A stretch of DNA of 45,896 nt. Source: Octopus bimaculoides (Eukaryota). The notes under the pieces were generated by a model. It had not been told where the DNA came from. It did not search any database and worked only from the letters and a program-made list of their open reading frames with translations. The stretch is taken from NCBI RefSeq assembly GCF_001194135.2, contig NC_068981.1:109572156-109618051 (forward strand), in the 5' to 3' direction. The first letter of the stretch is position 1; each line of letters begins with the position of its first letter. Below, in pieces: positions 1 to 12,140 of this stretch. Made by a program: the position numbers and the translations under genes.

Positions 1-39
<39 letters not shown>
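1..39. repeat. (CA)n microsatellite
   Basis: Pure CA dinucleotide run at the window start. Confidence 0.98.
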
Positions 40-42
<3 letters not shown>

Positions 43-610
43 CAGACACACTCATGTACTAGTAATGTTTTACCAACAATAACTAGAACGAGTGACCTAC
101 TTTGCTTCTAACAAACAGGTGTGCAATAATATCTTACTATTTATCTGAACGCTTCACTTAGCACATTCAACTAAAGCAAAAACAAAAACAAAAAGTACCT
201 GAGGAAGCTAAAGTATTATAGATTAAATTACCTGAAATAACTACTGAATCCATTTAATTGCTACACTTGACTTAATTTTATGAAATACCTCAAATACTAA
301 GCATTTCATTTAATAAAACTTCTTGAAACCAACACTTTATATAGGTTTATACAGTGTAACTTATGCAGCATTCTTGAATAAGACCATAAATTTATCATAA
401 ACAAACTACATTATCGAACCATACCTGTCACAAAGAGGTGCACTGGATGGCACTGCCCTCTTACTATTCAGTAGAGCACCCTCAGATTTATAGTGATATG
501 CTTATTTTGAAACTCCACTTTATCATCATTATTACTAATTAGGGCCCACCCAGAACATTCTCAAGCATCCCCAGGCACCAATGTCTGACGACAGGCCTGT
601 ATAAGACTAC

Positions 611-825
611 CTTATCTTAGCTTCATTTTCTCTAAGATCAACTGTGTGGTTGTTCATATTTTCGTCAAGAGAATTGCCAAACAGGATGTGAAAGTAGTAT
701 TTCTGGCTGTGATGTCTTATGCAACTGCAATTGGCCATCAGAGTGGCACACCACCACAATAGTTTTGCTGTAATCCACTCGTTGCAATTGGAAGAATTTC
801 CCATTGAGATAATAAATAACTGTTC
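611..825 (-). CDS. Candidate internal coding exon of an unidentified gene
   Basis: Minus strand reads tgtgttgctttttag|GAACAG...GATAAG|gtagtc. The 215 nt are stop-free in phase 0 (EQLFIISMGNSSNCNEWITAKLLWWCATLMANCSCIRHHSQKYYFHILFGNSLDENMNNHTVDLRENEAKIR). No transposon motif or protein family recognised. Confidence 0.45.
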
Positions 826-1371
826 CTAAAAAGCAACACAGACATTAAAGTATGTGTTTTATACATGCTGGGGAAGAAAATATAATGAAATTATATGACC
901 TCGCTACATAGATACCAACATACTGCAAGCAATTTTTTGTAACTTTGTAATAACTTACTATGATGACTTGCTTTGTGCCTAGCAGATTTATGCTTATCCA
1001 GCTGCATTAGAGGCACGTCAAATTTTTTGATACATTTAAAAATGATAATAAAAGTGTCTCTTATATGCCAGAAAACATGCTAGATATCTAAATGAATTTT
1101 CCAATAAATATTGTGATGAAGATTTGAGAAATTCAGGACTCTCAAACAGTAACAGTTTCTAAATACTTGTGTTTAACTACAAGTCTCATTGGAATTTATA
1201 ACAGATTTGAGAAAATAAAACGTAAATGTTACTGAATGTGTCCAGCTTGGTAGATAAAGGTATCAATATTCGCTGCTCTATTCCATTTCAATTTGTATGT
1301 ACACATGGTTTATACATTACTTTAACTTAAATGCTCTAATGATGTAAATGTTGTCTGTGAGTATTACAGAT

Positions 1372-2291
1372 GTAAGCTCGCAAGGAATGAAGCCAGTATG
1401 CTCCGATGGATGTGTATTGTCAGTGTGCATACTCGACAGAGTGTAAGTACCTTGAGAGAAAAGTTGAACCTAAGAAGCATCAGTTGTGGTGCGCAAAAGA
1501 GATGATTGCGCTGGTATGGTCATTTGGCGAGACTGGATGAGGATAGCTGTGTGAAAAAGTGCCACAGACTAGCGGTTGAGGGTACCTGTGGAAGAGGTAG
1601 ACCCAGGAAGACCTGGGATGAGGTGGTGAAGCATGACCTTCGAACACTAGGCCTCACCAAGGCAATGACTAGTGATCGAGACCTTTGGAAATATGCAGTG
1701 CGTGAGAAAACCCNNNNNNNNNNAAACCCTACTTGCAAAGACCTGTTGAGGCAAGTGAAATCGAAATCGAAATTGAACCAAATTCGATGACTGGCACCCA
1801 TGCCAACCTTCCTTCGTTGGACACTAAACTCAGCTTGCGAAGACCTGTTGGAGCAAGTGAGATTGAAACTGAACTTAATTCGATGATTGGCACCCATGCC
1901 AGTGGAGCTCTAACAGCACCATCCAAGTGGGATCACTGCCAGAGCAGTGGTCTCACTTCCATGCCGGTGGCATGTAAAAGGCACGATCATTTCCAGCTTC
2001 GCCTTACTGGCACGTGAACAAAACATTGGACTGACTGCTGTGCAGGTGGCACATAAAAACTACCATTTGAGCATGGCCGTTGCCAGTACTGCCGGACTGG
2101 CCCTCATGCCGGTGGCACGTAAAAAGAACCCACTACATTCTCGGAGTGGTTGGCGTTAGGAAGGGCATCCAGCTGTAGAAATTCTGCCAGATCAGATTGG
2201 AGTCTGGTGTAGCCATCTGGTTTGCCAGTCCCCAGTCAAATCGTCCAACCTATGCTAGCATGGAAAGTGGACGTTAAATGATGATGATGGT
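1372..2291 (+). mobile_element. 5'-truncated RTE-clade LINE (ORF C-terminus, 3' UTR, (ATG)n tail)
   Basis: Translation LRWYGHLARLDEDSCVKKC...GRGRPRKTW is the typical RTE C-terminus. It is followed by tandem UTR units and ...ggacgttaaatgatgatgatg. Confidence 0.9.
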
Positions 2292-2910
2292 GAATGACTG
2301 AATGAAGAATTAGAAATAGATAAATGATAGAAAATGGAATGAATGTCATTCTTTGTTTAAGTAGAGAATGTTATTCATTCCATTTTCTATCATTTATCTA
2401 TTTATATAAACTCCATGGGTACTATGAAATTTCTGATATATATGCAATAGCAGGAGTATGACATTAGGTAGTCAATAACTCTAGAGGAGCTTTGCATAGC
2501 ATTCTACATGGTTTTTGCCTGAATCTTATTTCACTAAGAAATAAAAAATATACATGTAGCTTTAACTAGCTTTTAATGTTCATCCGCTTCTCTACATTGA
2601 TTAAAGATGGGAAGTAAAAATGCCAAAATACTTTCCATAAATATAATAAATGCATCTTTGTTGGAATTTTCAATTATGTGTGTTCTGTTGTTCGATCCTC
2701 TTATCTACTAGGCTTATTGAATTTGTGCGTAAATGGCTGAGTATTCCACAGACATTTGTATCCTTAATGCAATTCTGAGGTGCAATCAGTATGACAATGT
2801 GACACAACTTGTGGTGGGAAAGGTGTAACAAAAGATGTTGACGTAGCAGATGAAATAGGCATGTAGACGACGTCAAAGTAAAACAATGGGAAAACATTGG
2901 ATTGTAGTTT

Positions 2911-3930
2911 CATCATCATCATCATCATCGTTTAACGTCCGCTTTCCATGCTAGCATAGGTTGGACGATTTGACTGAGGACTGGTGAAACCGGATGGCAA
3001 CACCAGGCTCCAATCTAAATTTGGCAGAGTTTCTACAGCTGGATGCCCTTCCTAACGCCAACCACTCAGAGAGTGTAGTAGGTGCTTTTACGTGTCACCT
3101 GCACGAAGGCCAGTCAGGCGATNNNNNNNNNNNNNNNNNNNNNNNNNNNNNNNNNNNNNNNNNNNNNNNNNNNNNNNNNNNNNNNNNNNNNNNNNNNNNN
3201 NNNNNNNNNNNNNNNNNNNNNNNNNNNNNNNNNNNNNNNNNNNNNNNNNNNNNNNNNNNNNNNNNNNNNNNNNNNNNNNNNNNNNNNNNNNNNNNNNNNN
3301 NNNNNNNNNNNNNNNNNNNNNNNNNNNNNNNNNNNNNNNNNNNNNNNNNNNNNNNNNNNNNNNNNNNNNNNNNNNNNNNNNNNNNNNNNNNNNNNNNNNN
3401 NNNNNNNNNNNNNNNNNNNNNNNNNNNNNNNNNNNNNNNNNNNNNNNNNNNNNNNNNNNNNNNNNNNNNNNNNNNNNNNNNNNNNNNNNNNNNNNNNNNN
3501 NNNNNNNNNNNNNNNNNNNNNNNNNNNNNNNNNNNNNNNNNNNNNNNNNNNNNNNNNNNNNNNNNNNNNNNNNNNNNNNNNNNNNNNNNNNNNNNNNNNN
3601 NNNNNNNNNNNNNNNNNNNNNNNNNNNNNNNNNNNNNNNNNNNNNNNNNNNNNNNNNNNNNNNNNNNNNNNNNNNNNNNNNNNNNNNNNNNNNNNNNGTT
3701 TCACTGCCATGTAGCATAGCTGTTCGTACACATGCGTCATACAGTCTGCCTTTTACTCTGAGTGAGAGTCCCTTTGTCGCCAGCAGAGATAAGAGCTCTC
3801 TAAACTTTGCCCAGGCTATTCTTATTCTAGCAGCTACACTTTCAGTGCACTCACCCCCACTACTAACTCGGTTGCCCAGATAGCGGAAGCTATCGACTAC
3901 CTCTAGTTTTTCACCCTTGCATTTACTTGT
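2911..3930 (-). mobile_element. RTE LINE fragment spanning an assembly gap
   Basis: (CAT)n tail and 3' UTR at 2911-3122. Post-RT peptide LEVVDSFRYLG...RIRIAWAKFRELL...YDACVRTAMLHGSE at 3698-3930. Confidence 0.9.
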
Positions 3931-4220
3931 TGTATACACCAAAAATCTCACAACATGACATTACCAACTTTACTTTGAGTTGGTCAAGAAGAAATTAACA
4001 GGGTAAATACTGTGTCGCTATGATGAGGTAGAACCAGACATGTTTTATGTCTGTGTGTGTGTGTTGGTCATTCAGTGGTGTCTGTTTATGTTCTGCAACT
4101 GCTACTATATTGGTTTGTTCATGTTGAATATCTGGATCTCTGTTGCCTGCTTAACTGGTGAAGTTACTCTCTGGCCACCTCGCCTCTGGCTATTTCTCTC
4201 TCTGCAGTCCTTTGATGGAT

Positions 4221-4628
4221 TACTCTTTACTCTTTTACTCTTTTACTTGATTCAGTCATTTGACTGAAGCCATGCTGGAGCACCGCCTTTAGTCGAGCAA
4301 ATCGACCCCAGGACTTATTCTTTGTAAGCCTAGTACTTATTCTATCGGTCTCTTTTGCCGAACCGCTAAGTTATGGGGATGTAAACACACCAACATCGGT
4401 TGTCAAGCGATGTTGGAGGGACAAACACAGACACACAAACACATATATATATATACATATACATATATACGACGGGCTTCTTTCAGTTGCCATCTACCAA
4501 ATCCTCTCACAAGGCTTTGGTTGGCTTGAGGCTATAGTAGAAGACACTTACCCAAGGTGCCACGCAGTGGGACTGAACCTGGAACCATGTGGTTGGTAAG
4601 CAAGCTACTTACCACACAGCCACTCCTG
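4221..4628 (-). mobile_element. tRNA-derived SINE with CORE-like segment
   Basis: Head caggagTGGCTGTGTGGtaag...GGTTCAGTCCC (A/B boxes), then gcaccttgggtaagtg, an internal CA/TA microsatellite and a (GTAAAAGA)n tail. Several paralogues occur in the window. Confidence 0.85.
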
Positions 4629-5260
4629 CTGTATTTACAATGGTCATGACAGCTAGAAGGACAGACATACCACAGGAGTAATTCCTACCTATGTAGGTCG
4701 CCTCCTATCTACTTGAACCTTAAATGATACGGCTGAGGTTGAAGGCTGAAGGTCGAAGGGAAACCATCATTTTTTGACAGGACAAAAAAATTTCTTTCAT
4801 GCCTGTTTGGTCAGTGGTGGATCAGACGAGTGAGAATCCTTAGATTCAGCTTTGAATCTCAGTTCAGAAAAAGGAAGTGTTAGTTTTTACACTACCTCCT
4901 GTGAGAAAGCCACAGAGATCGAACGATACAGATGCTTGTGATATAGAAAATGTGTGATCTTGTATGTAATGCAGGAAAATATATACAGTGTAATTTACAG
5001 ACAAATGAATACATGTCAAAAACATGGGAAGTGAAAAAAATGAAAAATAAAAATGTAAAGCAAAGAACCAACGTTCAGAGTTGGTGTGTGCAATATATGT
5101 TAGGTAATGTGTATATGCCTAGGCAGAAGCATAAATGTAATATACTGGCATGTTGAGAGAGATATGCAACACTATTGAGTATGCGACTCACTAGAGGTCT
5201 AATAGAGGTCAGTTGTCTTTCAGTGACGCAGAGAGCAAGTGATAGCACATGTTAAAATAT

Positions 5261-5306
5261 GAGTGGTGCAAGTGTGTGTAAATGCTTACACACACTTGCA
5301 CCACTC
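5261..5306. repeat. Perfect inverted repeat, 21-bp arms, 4-nt loop
   Basis: gagtggtgcaagtgtgtgtaa-atgc-ttacacacacttgcaccactc. Confidence 0.95.
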
Positions 5307-5679
5307 GTAGAGAGCAAAACATTTTAAAAACAAAGCATGTACATGCAATAAAATGTAATTTTACAGAAACATGAAAAATGTTTGTGGAAAAATTTCGTTT
5401 GTTGAAATGTTCAGTCTCTTGAATTAGCAGAACACTGTTCATAAAAAATGTTTTTCATCGATATAGAAAAATGTTTTTATTTTATACAAAACGTTCTTTG
5501 TTTTGTTTTGGTTTGTATGCGGGTGATGCAGAGTCACTTGGGTTATATATGTGGCAATTGTTCATAACCATAAGTAAAACAACAGTTTGTTTTTATGTGT
5601 TGATGTAAGCTTTGTGGACATTTCAATTGAGAAGACGGTTAGGTGAAGAGTTTGCACTTACTCAAAAGACTTGAACAAA

Positions 5680-7065
5680 CCTTGCGGGCCATCGAACTGT
5701 TCTTCCCATTTTGGTGTGCCGTTGTTTGTAATGGGTGAAGCTGAAGATGTTGAGTCCGTTTGAGGAATGGTGGGAACTGAAAGTAAGTCCTCTTCGACGA
5801 ATGCTTCTTTTAGGCGATCAACAGAGACGTTATTTCGTTTTCCTCCAATATCGAGAACAAAATATTTTGGTTCTTTCTAAATTACTTTGTAGGGCCTGGA
5901 ATATGGTGGCCGAAGTTGAGACAGTATTCCATCATTTCTAACTTAAACATGCGTCCAAATATTGATGTCCTTTGGGATATGTGAAGCGACGTTTTGTTGT
6001 CTGGGGCCTGCAGGGGACAAATGTGACATAGATGTCCATAAGCAGTGCACATATTTTGCTGGGTCAGGAAAATCTTGTGGTGAAACAGGGTTGATCATCT
6101 GCCCAGGTAAGGCAAGTGCCGTGCCATAGACCAGTTCAGCCGGAGTATGCCCGTGGATCAAATACCAAGGAGGATGAGTGGAAGATATTCCAACCAGTTG
6201 GAGCCGTCTGGATATGCTTTTATAGCCGCCTTGAATTGGCGGTGAAAGCTTTCGACCATGCCATTTGCTGCAGGGTGGTAAGCTGTTGTGCTGGTGTGTT
6301 TACATCTGAGGAGATGAGTCAGCACGGTGAAAAGGTGAGAATTGAACTGACATCCTCTGTCAGTGGTGATAGTTGTGGTTGTGCCAAAATGCGAAACCCA
6401 GTGGGATATCAGCGTTTTGGTGACCGTTTCTGCTGAAGTATCTGATAAGGGCCAAGCTTCGGGCCACTGCATAAAACGATCAACACAGGTGAGCAGATGT
6501 GTACAGTTCTGTGAAGGTGATGGAAGTCCCACGATATCGATGTGTATGTGCTGAAATTGTGCGTCTGGTTTGAAAGGGAGCCGATTTGTGATTTTATGTG
6601 TTGGTAGATTTTGCTTTTTGGCACATGACACAGCACTTGGTCCATTCTCTGATATCCTTGTTGATACTGGTCCACACAAAACAGGTCAATATCAGCTTTT
6701 GAGTGGAACAAATACCAGGACGTGACAGAGAATGCAGGGCAGAAAACACTTCATGATGGTACTTCTGCGGTACATAAGGGCGTTGGTGACTGGTGGAGAT
6801 ATGACACCAAACATAGGCCATGGATGATGGTGCCAGAACTTGCTGAAATTTGAGAGATGATGAATTTCAGAGCTTTAGAAGTTCTTTGTCATTCTCCTGG
6901 TCAGCTGCTATACGTGGAAGATCAATTGTGGCAGTGGTGTGGATTGCATTGATCTACATGCACAATAGTGCATTGGCTGCTGAGTTGGTCGACCCTTTGA
7001 TGTGGCATATATCTGTCATGTACTGCAATATGAAGGCAAGGTGGCAGACTTCTCTCGGCAAGTGA
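5680..7065 (-). mobile_element. Decayed Ty3/Gypsy pol fragment (end of RNase H plus integrase)
   Basis: Zn-binding region (H..GI..TQKLI..FVW...C..CQKAK) and core HIHIDIVG...LTCVDRF..WPEA...ITTDRG.QF...TTAYHPAANGMVE.FHRQ.K. Frameshifts and stops present; no LTR identified. Confidence 0.92.
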
Positions 7066-7199
7066 CAATCAGGCTTGGTATTAAATGTGTACACCAGTAG
7101 TTTGTGTATATGACAAAATTGCTACCTTTTAGCATGTGTTGGAAATGTTTAACAGCCAGGTATGCTGCTAATAATTCCTGACTGAAAGTGTTGTATTTT

Positions 7200-7537
7200 C
7201 TTTCAGCTCAATTAAAATTTTCTTCGAATAACCCATCCTGCTCAAAAGGTCCCTGAATAAGGTTTGTTTAAGGATTTTGAACAAAACACCCATGTTTCCA
7301 GAGGTGAATTATTCAAATCCCAAAGAATTCCTCTCGACACATGGGTATGATGCTCCCCCACTACTTCTGCTCATGATCAAAGATGCACATATCATCAGCC
7401 ACCAAATGACATACTCAAATAGTTAAGGTCAAACAACTGACAAGCAAATCTGTGATATTGAGCTGAATATTTGTTGTAGCCCATCTTTTACACCAAGGCA
7501 AAACAATGTACATGATAACACTTTCAATCAGTTAAGA
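7200..7537. mobile_element. Unclassified interspersed repeat
   Basis: Non-coding block that resembles a dispersed cephalopod repeat from memory; no diagnostic motif verified. Confidence 0.3.
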
Positions 7538-8039
7538 TGTACTTGAAAGTCCTGGTGTTTTTGTTATGTATTTATAGATGAATAGGTTGTATTCTATCTA
7601 ATGTGATTCTACACAGAAGGCTGTAATATCATTTGACAGGAAACTTGGTATAAAGAATACATAAAATAAGGCTGTGACTTTATATACCTTTAATATGGCC
7701 ACACGTACATACACAAACTGAATGATAAATGAAAATGGTTTGTGCATGGAGGCCATGGTCTTCTGTGCATTAGCTCTTATCTGTTACTGGCGAGTGGTGT
7801 GAGAGAGAGAGACAGTTAGGTTATGTCTTCACAGTCTCATATCCCGATGCAGAAAGAGATGAGTCTCTGAACCTTAATGTTGCATAATGCCCTCTATTGT
7901 TCAACTGTTTTAACCGTGCTGTCAAGCGGGGTAACTGCACCTACATATTTGTCTGAATGTTTTTTTTTTTATCATATCTAATGCACCTACTATAATAGGA
8001 ATTGTTTCTGTTTTTAGGCTTCACATTCAAGTTACCTTA

Positions 8040-8658
8040 TTATTACCTCCGCCTTAGTAAAGGCAGAGGTATTGTTTTCGGTCGTGTTTGTTTGTTTGTC
8101 CATGGACAAGATATCTCAAGAACTGCTGGATGAATTCAGATGAAACTTTCAGAGATGTTTGGCCTCCTGACTGGCACAAACTGATTAGATTTCGGGATCG
8201 ATCTGGTACCAGACAAAGATTCTGGATTATTTCTTGTTATATTTACTTTATTTTAGATGAAGTCTTTCAAATCTTTCTCCGATTATCTCCCTTGTACATA
8301 TTACGACGTACATATTAACACTTTACAGTATACTTACATCATCATCATCATCATCATACATAATTCTATTACATCGATCTAAAACAACAGGAATACTAAA
8401 AGAAGGCCAGAATTGAAGAGAAGAGAAAAACCAAAAGGTCTCATGCTATTCATTTAAAATGGACAAGGATTCTGGATTATTTTTTCCAGTTTTTTACTTA
8501 ATTTTTGAGAGTGGTTGGGTTCATTTTTAGTATTCTTGTTTGTGAGAGCAGTCGAGTTTATTTCAGATATTCTCATTTAAAAAATCATCTCTGGCTAATC
8601 GTTGAGAGGACATTGGTATTGCCTTGGCAGAGGTATGTACTCTTTGAGTGCTCTTGTT
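8040..8658 (-). mobile_element. Non-autonomous Helentron/DINE-1-like element (HINE)
   Basis: Minus strand begins aacaagagcactc...cctctgccaagg and ends with an (AAAC)n run and the 3' hairpin acctctgccttt-act-aaggcggaggt-aataa. Confidence 0.65.
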
Positions 8659-8805
8659 GTTATTATTATTATTATTTTGCATGGCTAATATCAGTTAATC
8701 CAACTTTTCCTATTTACTATATTACATAAGTGAAATCTTGCCATGAGAAGACTAATCTTGTTTTGTTCCTTTCTGTCTTACTCATGTTCCATACTCATAT
8801 TTTTA

Positions 8806-9190
8806 TAGGGGCAACATTTAAAGGCTGCCGTATGTTGATGATGTAACCAAGTAATTCCAAATGAAATATTTCTAGATTTTATTGATGCTCATTTTCGAAA
8901 TTTTTTTTAATCAGAGTTCAAAATATAGAGTCTGAATCTGTTATTTGTTTCCTTTATAATTTCAAAATAATTTTTGAAATCCAAATCAAAAAGTTAAAAG
9001 CATTTGAACATATGTATGGCTTATAATGAATTCTGGATTGAAGCACACCATGTAACCAGTCATAACTTTTTGACTTATTGGTATTTTCAGAAATTTTTTT
9101 GTGAATTTTTGTTCTACACACGGGACCTCACACAATTAAGCAAAATTAAATTTTTCAATTAAAATTTTTTCATATCCCCTGTGCCCCCAT
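8806..9190. mobile_element. Possible MITE
   Basis: Imperfect terminal inverted ends (tataggggcaaca / tgtgcccccata) around an AT-rich interior. Confidence 0.3.
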
Positions 9191-9198
9191 AAATCCTT

Positions 9199-9800
9199 AC
9201 ATGTGTTTGTAATCAAAGAACAGGAAATAGCAACCAAATACCTGATGCACAAAAGGGACAGAGACACAGGAAAAACACTAAAATGTGGTAGCCTGTGCAG
9301 ACTTTGTGGAGTTAACACCAAAGATCAGTGGAAAAGAAAATCTATGCTGAATTATTGAGAAATTTACAGTTGCTCTACCTGAATTACAAGTTTAGGTTTA
9401 TACCTGTATTTATTGAGGCACTGGGATATGTACCAAACTGCTCAAGCACCAATCTTAAGAAATAAGGCTTTTCAAAACTAGAAAAGAGAAAGTTAATTAG
9501 AAGATTACTGATTCAAGCCAGCAATAGAACAAAAGAGTTGTAAAACTCTCCAGAAGTTTAGTATTTAAGTATATATGCACATGTCTAAACATGCAACTAT
9601 ATGCATGAGAATTCATACATAAAACAAAACACAAAAATCTGCATATGCACTGACTCCAAATACTGCACACATACTTACAAACATGTACAAATACGCTGTT
9701 GATGATGCTGAAATTCCAATGAAAGAGCCTTGGATCTAAATTAGAAACTGACTCTTACTCTGTTGGCAAGAAATCTTGAAATAAAATTGAATAATGACAT
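9199..9800 (+). mobile_element. R4/Dong-like (RLE) non-LTR fragment, internally deleted copy
   Basis: CRLCG zinc-knuckle start joined directly to the YAELLRNLQLLY..Y.F.FIPV C-terminus and 3' UTR. Confidence 0.75.
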
Positions 9801-9819
9801 GTATGGATCAACAGCTAGA

Positions 9820-10720
9820 TTACTAACTCCCACTTTGAAGGACATGTGTTTGTAATCAAAGAACAGGAAATAGCAACCAAATACCTGATGCACAAAAGGG
9901 ACAGAGACACAGGAAAAACACTAAAATGTGGTAGCCTGTGCAGACTTTGTGGAGTTAACACCAAAGATGTCACCCACATCATAAGCAGTTGTCCAAAAAT
10001 GTCATCACGGTATTATCTACCAATGTGACATGATGTTGTAGTCAAAACACTGTATAATGAGATCCGTTAGAAGGATAATCCTAGAGCCAAAGAAATAAGA
10101 ACCCACAGTATGGTAGAGGCCATAGTCAAGAGTACTGGTGGAATGTCTCTGTGAAAACCTCAATTAAATGTAAACATAATATACCTGACATAATGATTTT
10201 GGAACAGAGAAGAGAAACTGTATACAATTGTGGAAATCAGCTGCCCAGTGGTTGTTAACATAAAGCTAAAGATCACAAAAAAAAAAAAAAATACCTATGA
10301 TGAACTCTTGAGAAATCTGCAGTTACTCTACTCAGATTATAAATTCAAATTTATACCTGTAATTATTAGGATATGTAATACATTGCCTCAGCACCAGTCT
10401 TGAGAAATTAAACTTTTCAAAATCAGAAAAGAGAAAACTGATCCAAGCCATCAATGGAGCTGTAAAAATTTGTAAAACTTTCCAAAAGTGTAGTATTTAA
10501 ATATATATGTGCATGTCTAGAGATGCAACTGTATGCATGAGAATACATACATAAAACAAGACACACAAATCTGTATTTGTACTGATTCCTATTACTGCAC
10601 ATATACACACGCACACACACACACAGTTGATATTGTTGAAATTTCAGTGAAGTAGCCTGGGATCTAGATTTGAAACCAGCTCCTTCTCTATTGGCAGAAA
10701 TCTTGAAATAAAATTGAACA
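9820..10720 (+). mobile_element. R4/Dong-like (RLE) non-LTR 3' fragment
   Basis: CCHC knuckle CRLCGVNTKDVTHIISSCPKMSSRYYLPM*HD, then KHNIPDIMI...IVEISCP (PD-(D/E)xK-type endonuclease of the R4 clade). Confidence 0.8.
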
Positions 10721-10721
10721 C

Positions 10722-10860
10722 TAACATACATACATGCATACATACATGCACACACACACATATATATATACACACACACACATGCATACATATACATATG
10801 TGTGTGTATGTGTACATGCATATATATGCATACATATTTACACACACACATACACACTGT
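10722..10860. repeat. Compound CA/TA/TACA microsatellite
   Basis: Directly visible. Confidence 0.9.
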
Positions 10861-11339
10861 ACTGTCAACTGGAGAAAGAAAAGTTAAAAAACCATGGTAA
10901 CACAAAGAGTTTACAATGTAAACCTACCCAACAGGTTTTTAAATACTGACTACAAAATGGGAGGAGGAAAATGCAAAAGAATTACCTATTATTGGAATGA
11001 GGACAATAGCAACCCTGTTGTGTGCTGTTACTTTAAGGTAAGGTAGAAACACAAATTAAACTTCATGTGACCCAACTTAGTTGACATAAATAATAGAGGC
11101 TAACCTACTTTGAGATCATATACAAATGCGTAAATATATGAAGCATTGAATTGTTTGTTTGTATGTATGTATGTATTATTTTACTTGTTTCAGTTATTTC
11201 ACTGTGGCCATGCTGGAGCACTACTTTAAAGATGTATGTATGTAGGTTGGTTGCTAGGTAGGTCAGTGTGTGTGTGTGTGTGTGTGTGTATGAGTGTTTG
11301 TGTGTGTGTGTGTGTGTGTGCGTGTGTGTGTGTTATGTG

Positions 11340-11760
11340 TGATAAAGTTTCATTTCTAGATTTCTTGCTGATGGAGAAAGAGATGCTTTCTAACCTAGAT
11401 CCAAGACTTCTTTATTGGAATTTTGAACAACAGCGTAGTTATGCATGGTTGTGTGTATGTGCACAATATTTCAAGTCAGTGCATATACAAATCTGTATAG
11501 TTGCATGTCTAGACATGTGCATATGTATTATATGCTAAACTTTTGTGAAGTTTTACATATTTTTACAGTTCCGTTGATGCATTGATGACTTATATCAGTA
11601 ATCTTTCGAGTAACTTTCTCTATTCTGGTTTCTCAAGATTGGTGCTTAGCCAGTTTGTGCCCCAATAATTACAGGTATAAATCTTAACTTGTAATCCTGG
11701 TAGAATAGCTGTAAATTTCTCAATAGTTCACTGATCTTTAGCTTTATGATGACATCCACT
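11340..11760 (-). mobile_element. R4/Dong-like 3' fragment, inverted relative to the 9.2-10.7 kb copies
   Basis: Reverse complement matches 10255-10720 (ataaagctaaagatca...gcatgtctagacatgcaactat...agaaatc). Confidence 0.75.
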
Positions 11761-11798
11761 GAGTAGCTGCTTTCTACTTACTCTACATAGTTTCTCTT

Positions 11799-12140
11799 CA
11801 TCATCATCATCATCGTTTAACGTCTGCTTTCCATGCTGGCATGGGCTGGATAGTTTGACTGAAGACTGGCAAGCCAGGAGGCTGCACCAGCTGGATGTCC
11901 TTCCTAAAGCCAACCACTCCAAGAGTGTAGTGGGTGCTTTTTACGTGCCATCAACACAGGATCCAGTCAGGTGGTACTGGTATTGACCATGCTAGAATGA
12001 TGCTTTTTATGTACCACCAGCACGGGTGCCAGAAAGGTGGCACTGGCATCAGTCACGCTTGAATGGTGCTTTTTACGTCCCACTGGCACAGGAGCAAGTC
12101 AGGCGGCACTAACATCATGACTACAATTTCACTTGATTCA
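11799..12140 (-). mobile_element. RTE 3'-UTR-only insertion
   Basis: (CAT)n-cgtttaacgtctgctttccatgctggcatggg tail shared with 2911 and 35072. Confidence 0.85.

Noticed and set aside
1737-1905. Repeat units resembling a CRISPR array
   Set aside because: Eukaryotic LINE 3' UTR tandem units with no unique spacers or cas genes.
2994-3951. Long ORFs of 208-287 aa in the ORF track
   Set aside because: They are mostly X residues from the N gap at 3123-3697.
4580-4628. tRNA gene
   Set aside because: The A/B boxes belong to SINE heads; no complete cloverleaf.
9715-9765. Hammerhead-like motif in the R4-like 3' UTR (aatga...gaaac)
   Set aside because: The CUGANGA box is absent in all three copies.
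10423-11538. ORFs rich in C/V/Y/M/H/T
   Set aside because: Translations of CA/TA microsatellites; the same applies to 17279-17470, 27957-28515, 33261-33834 and 41992-42333.
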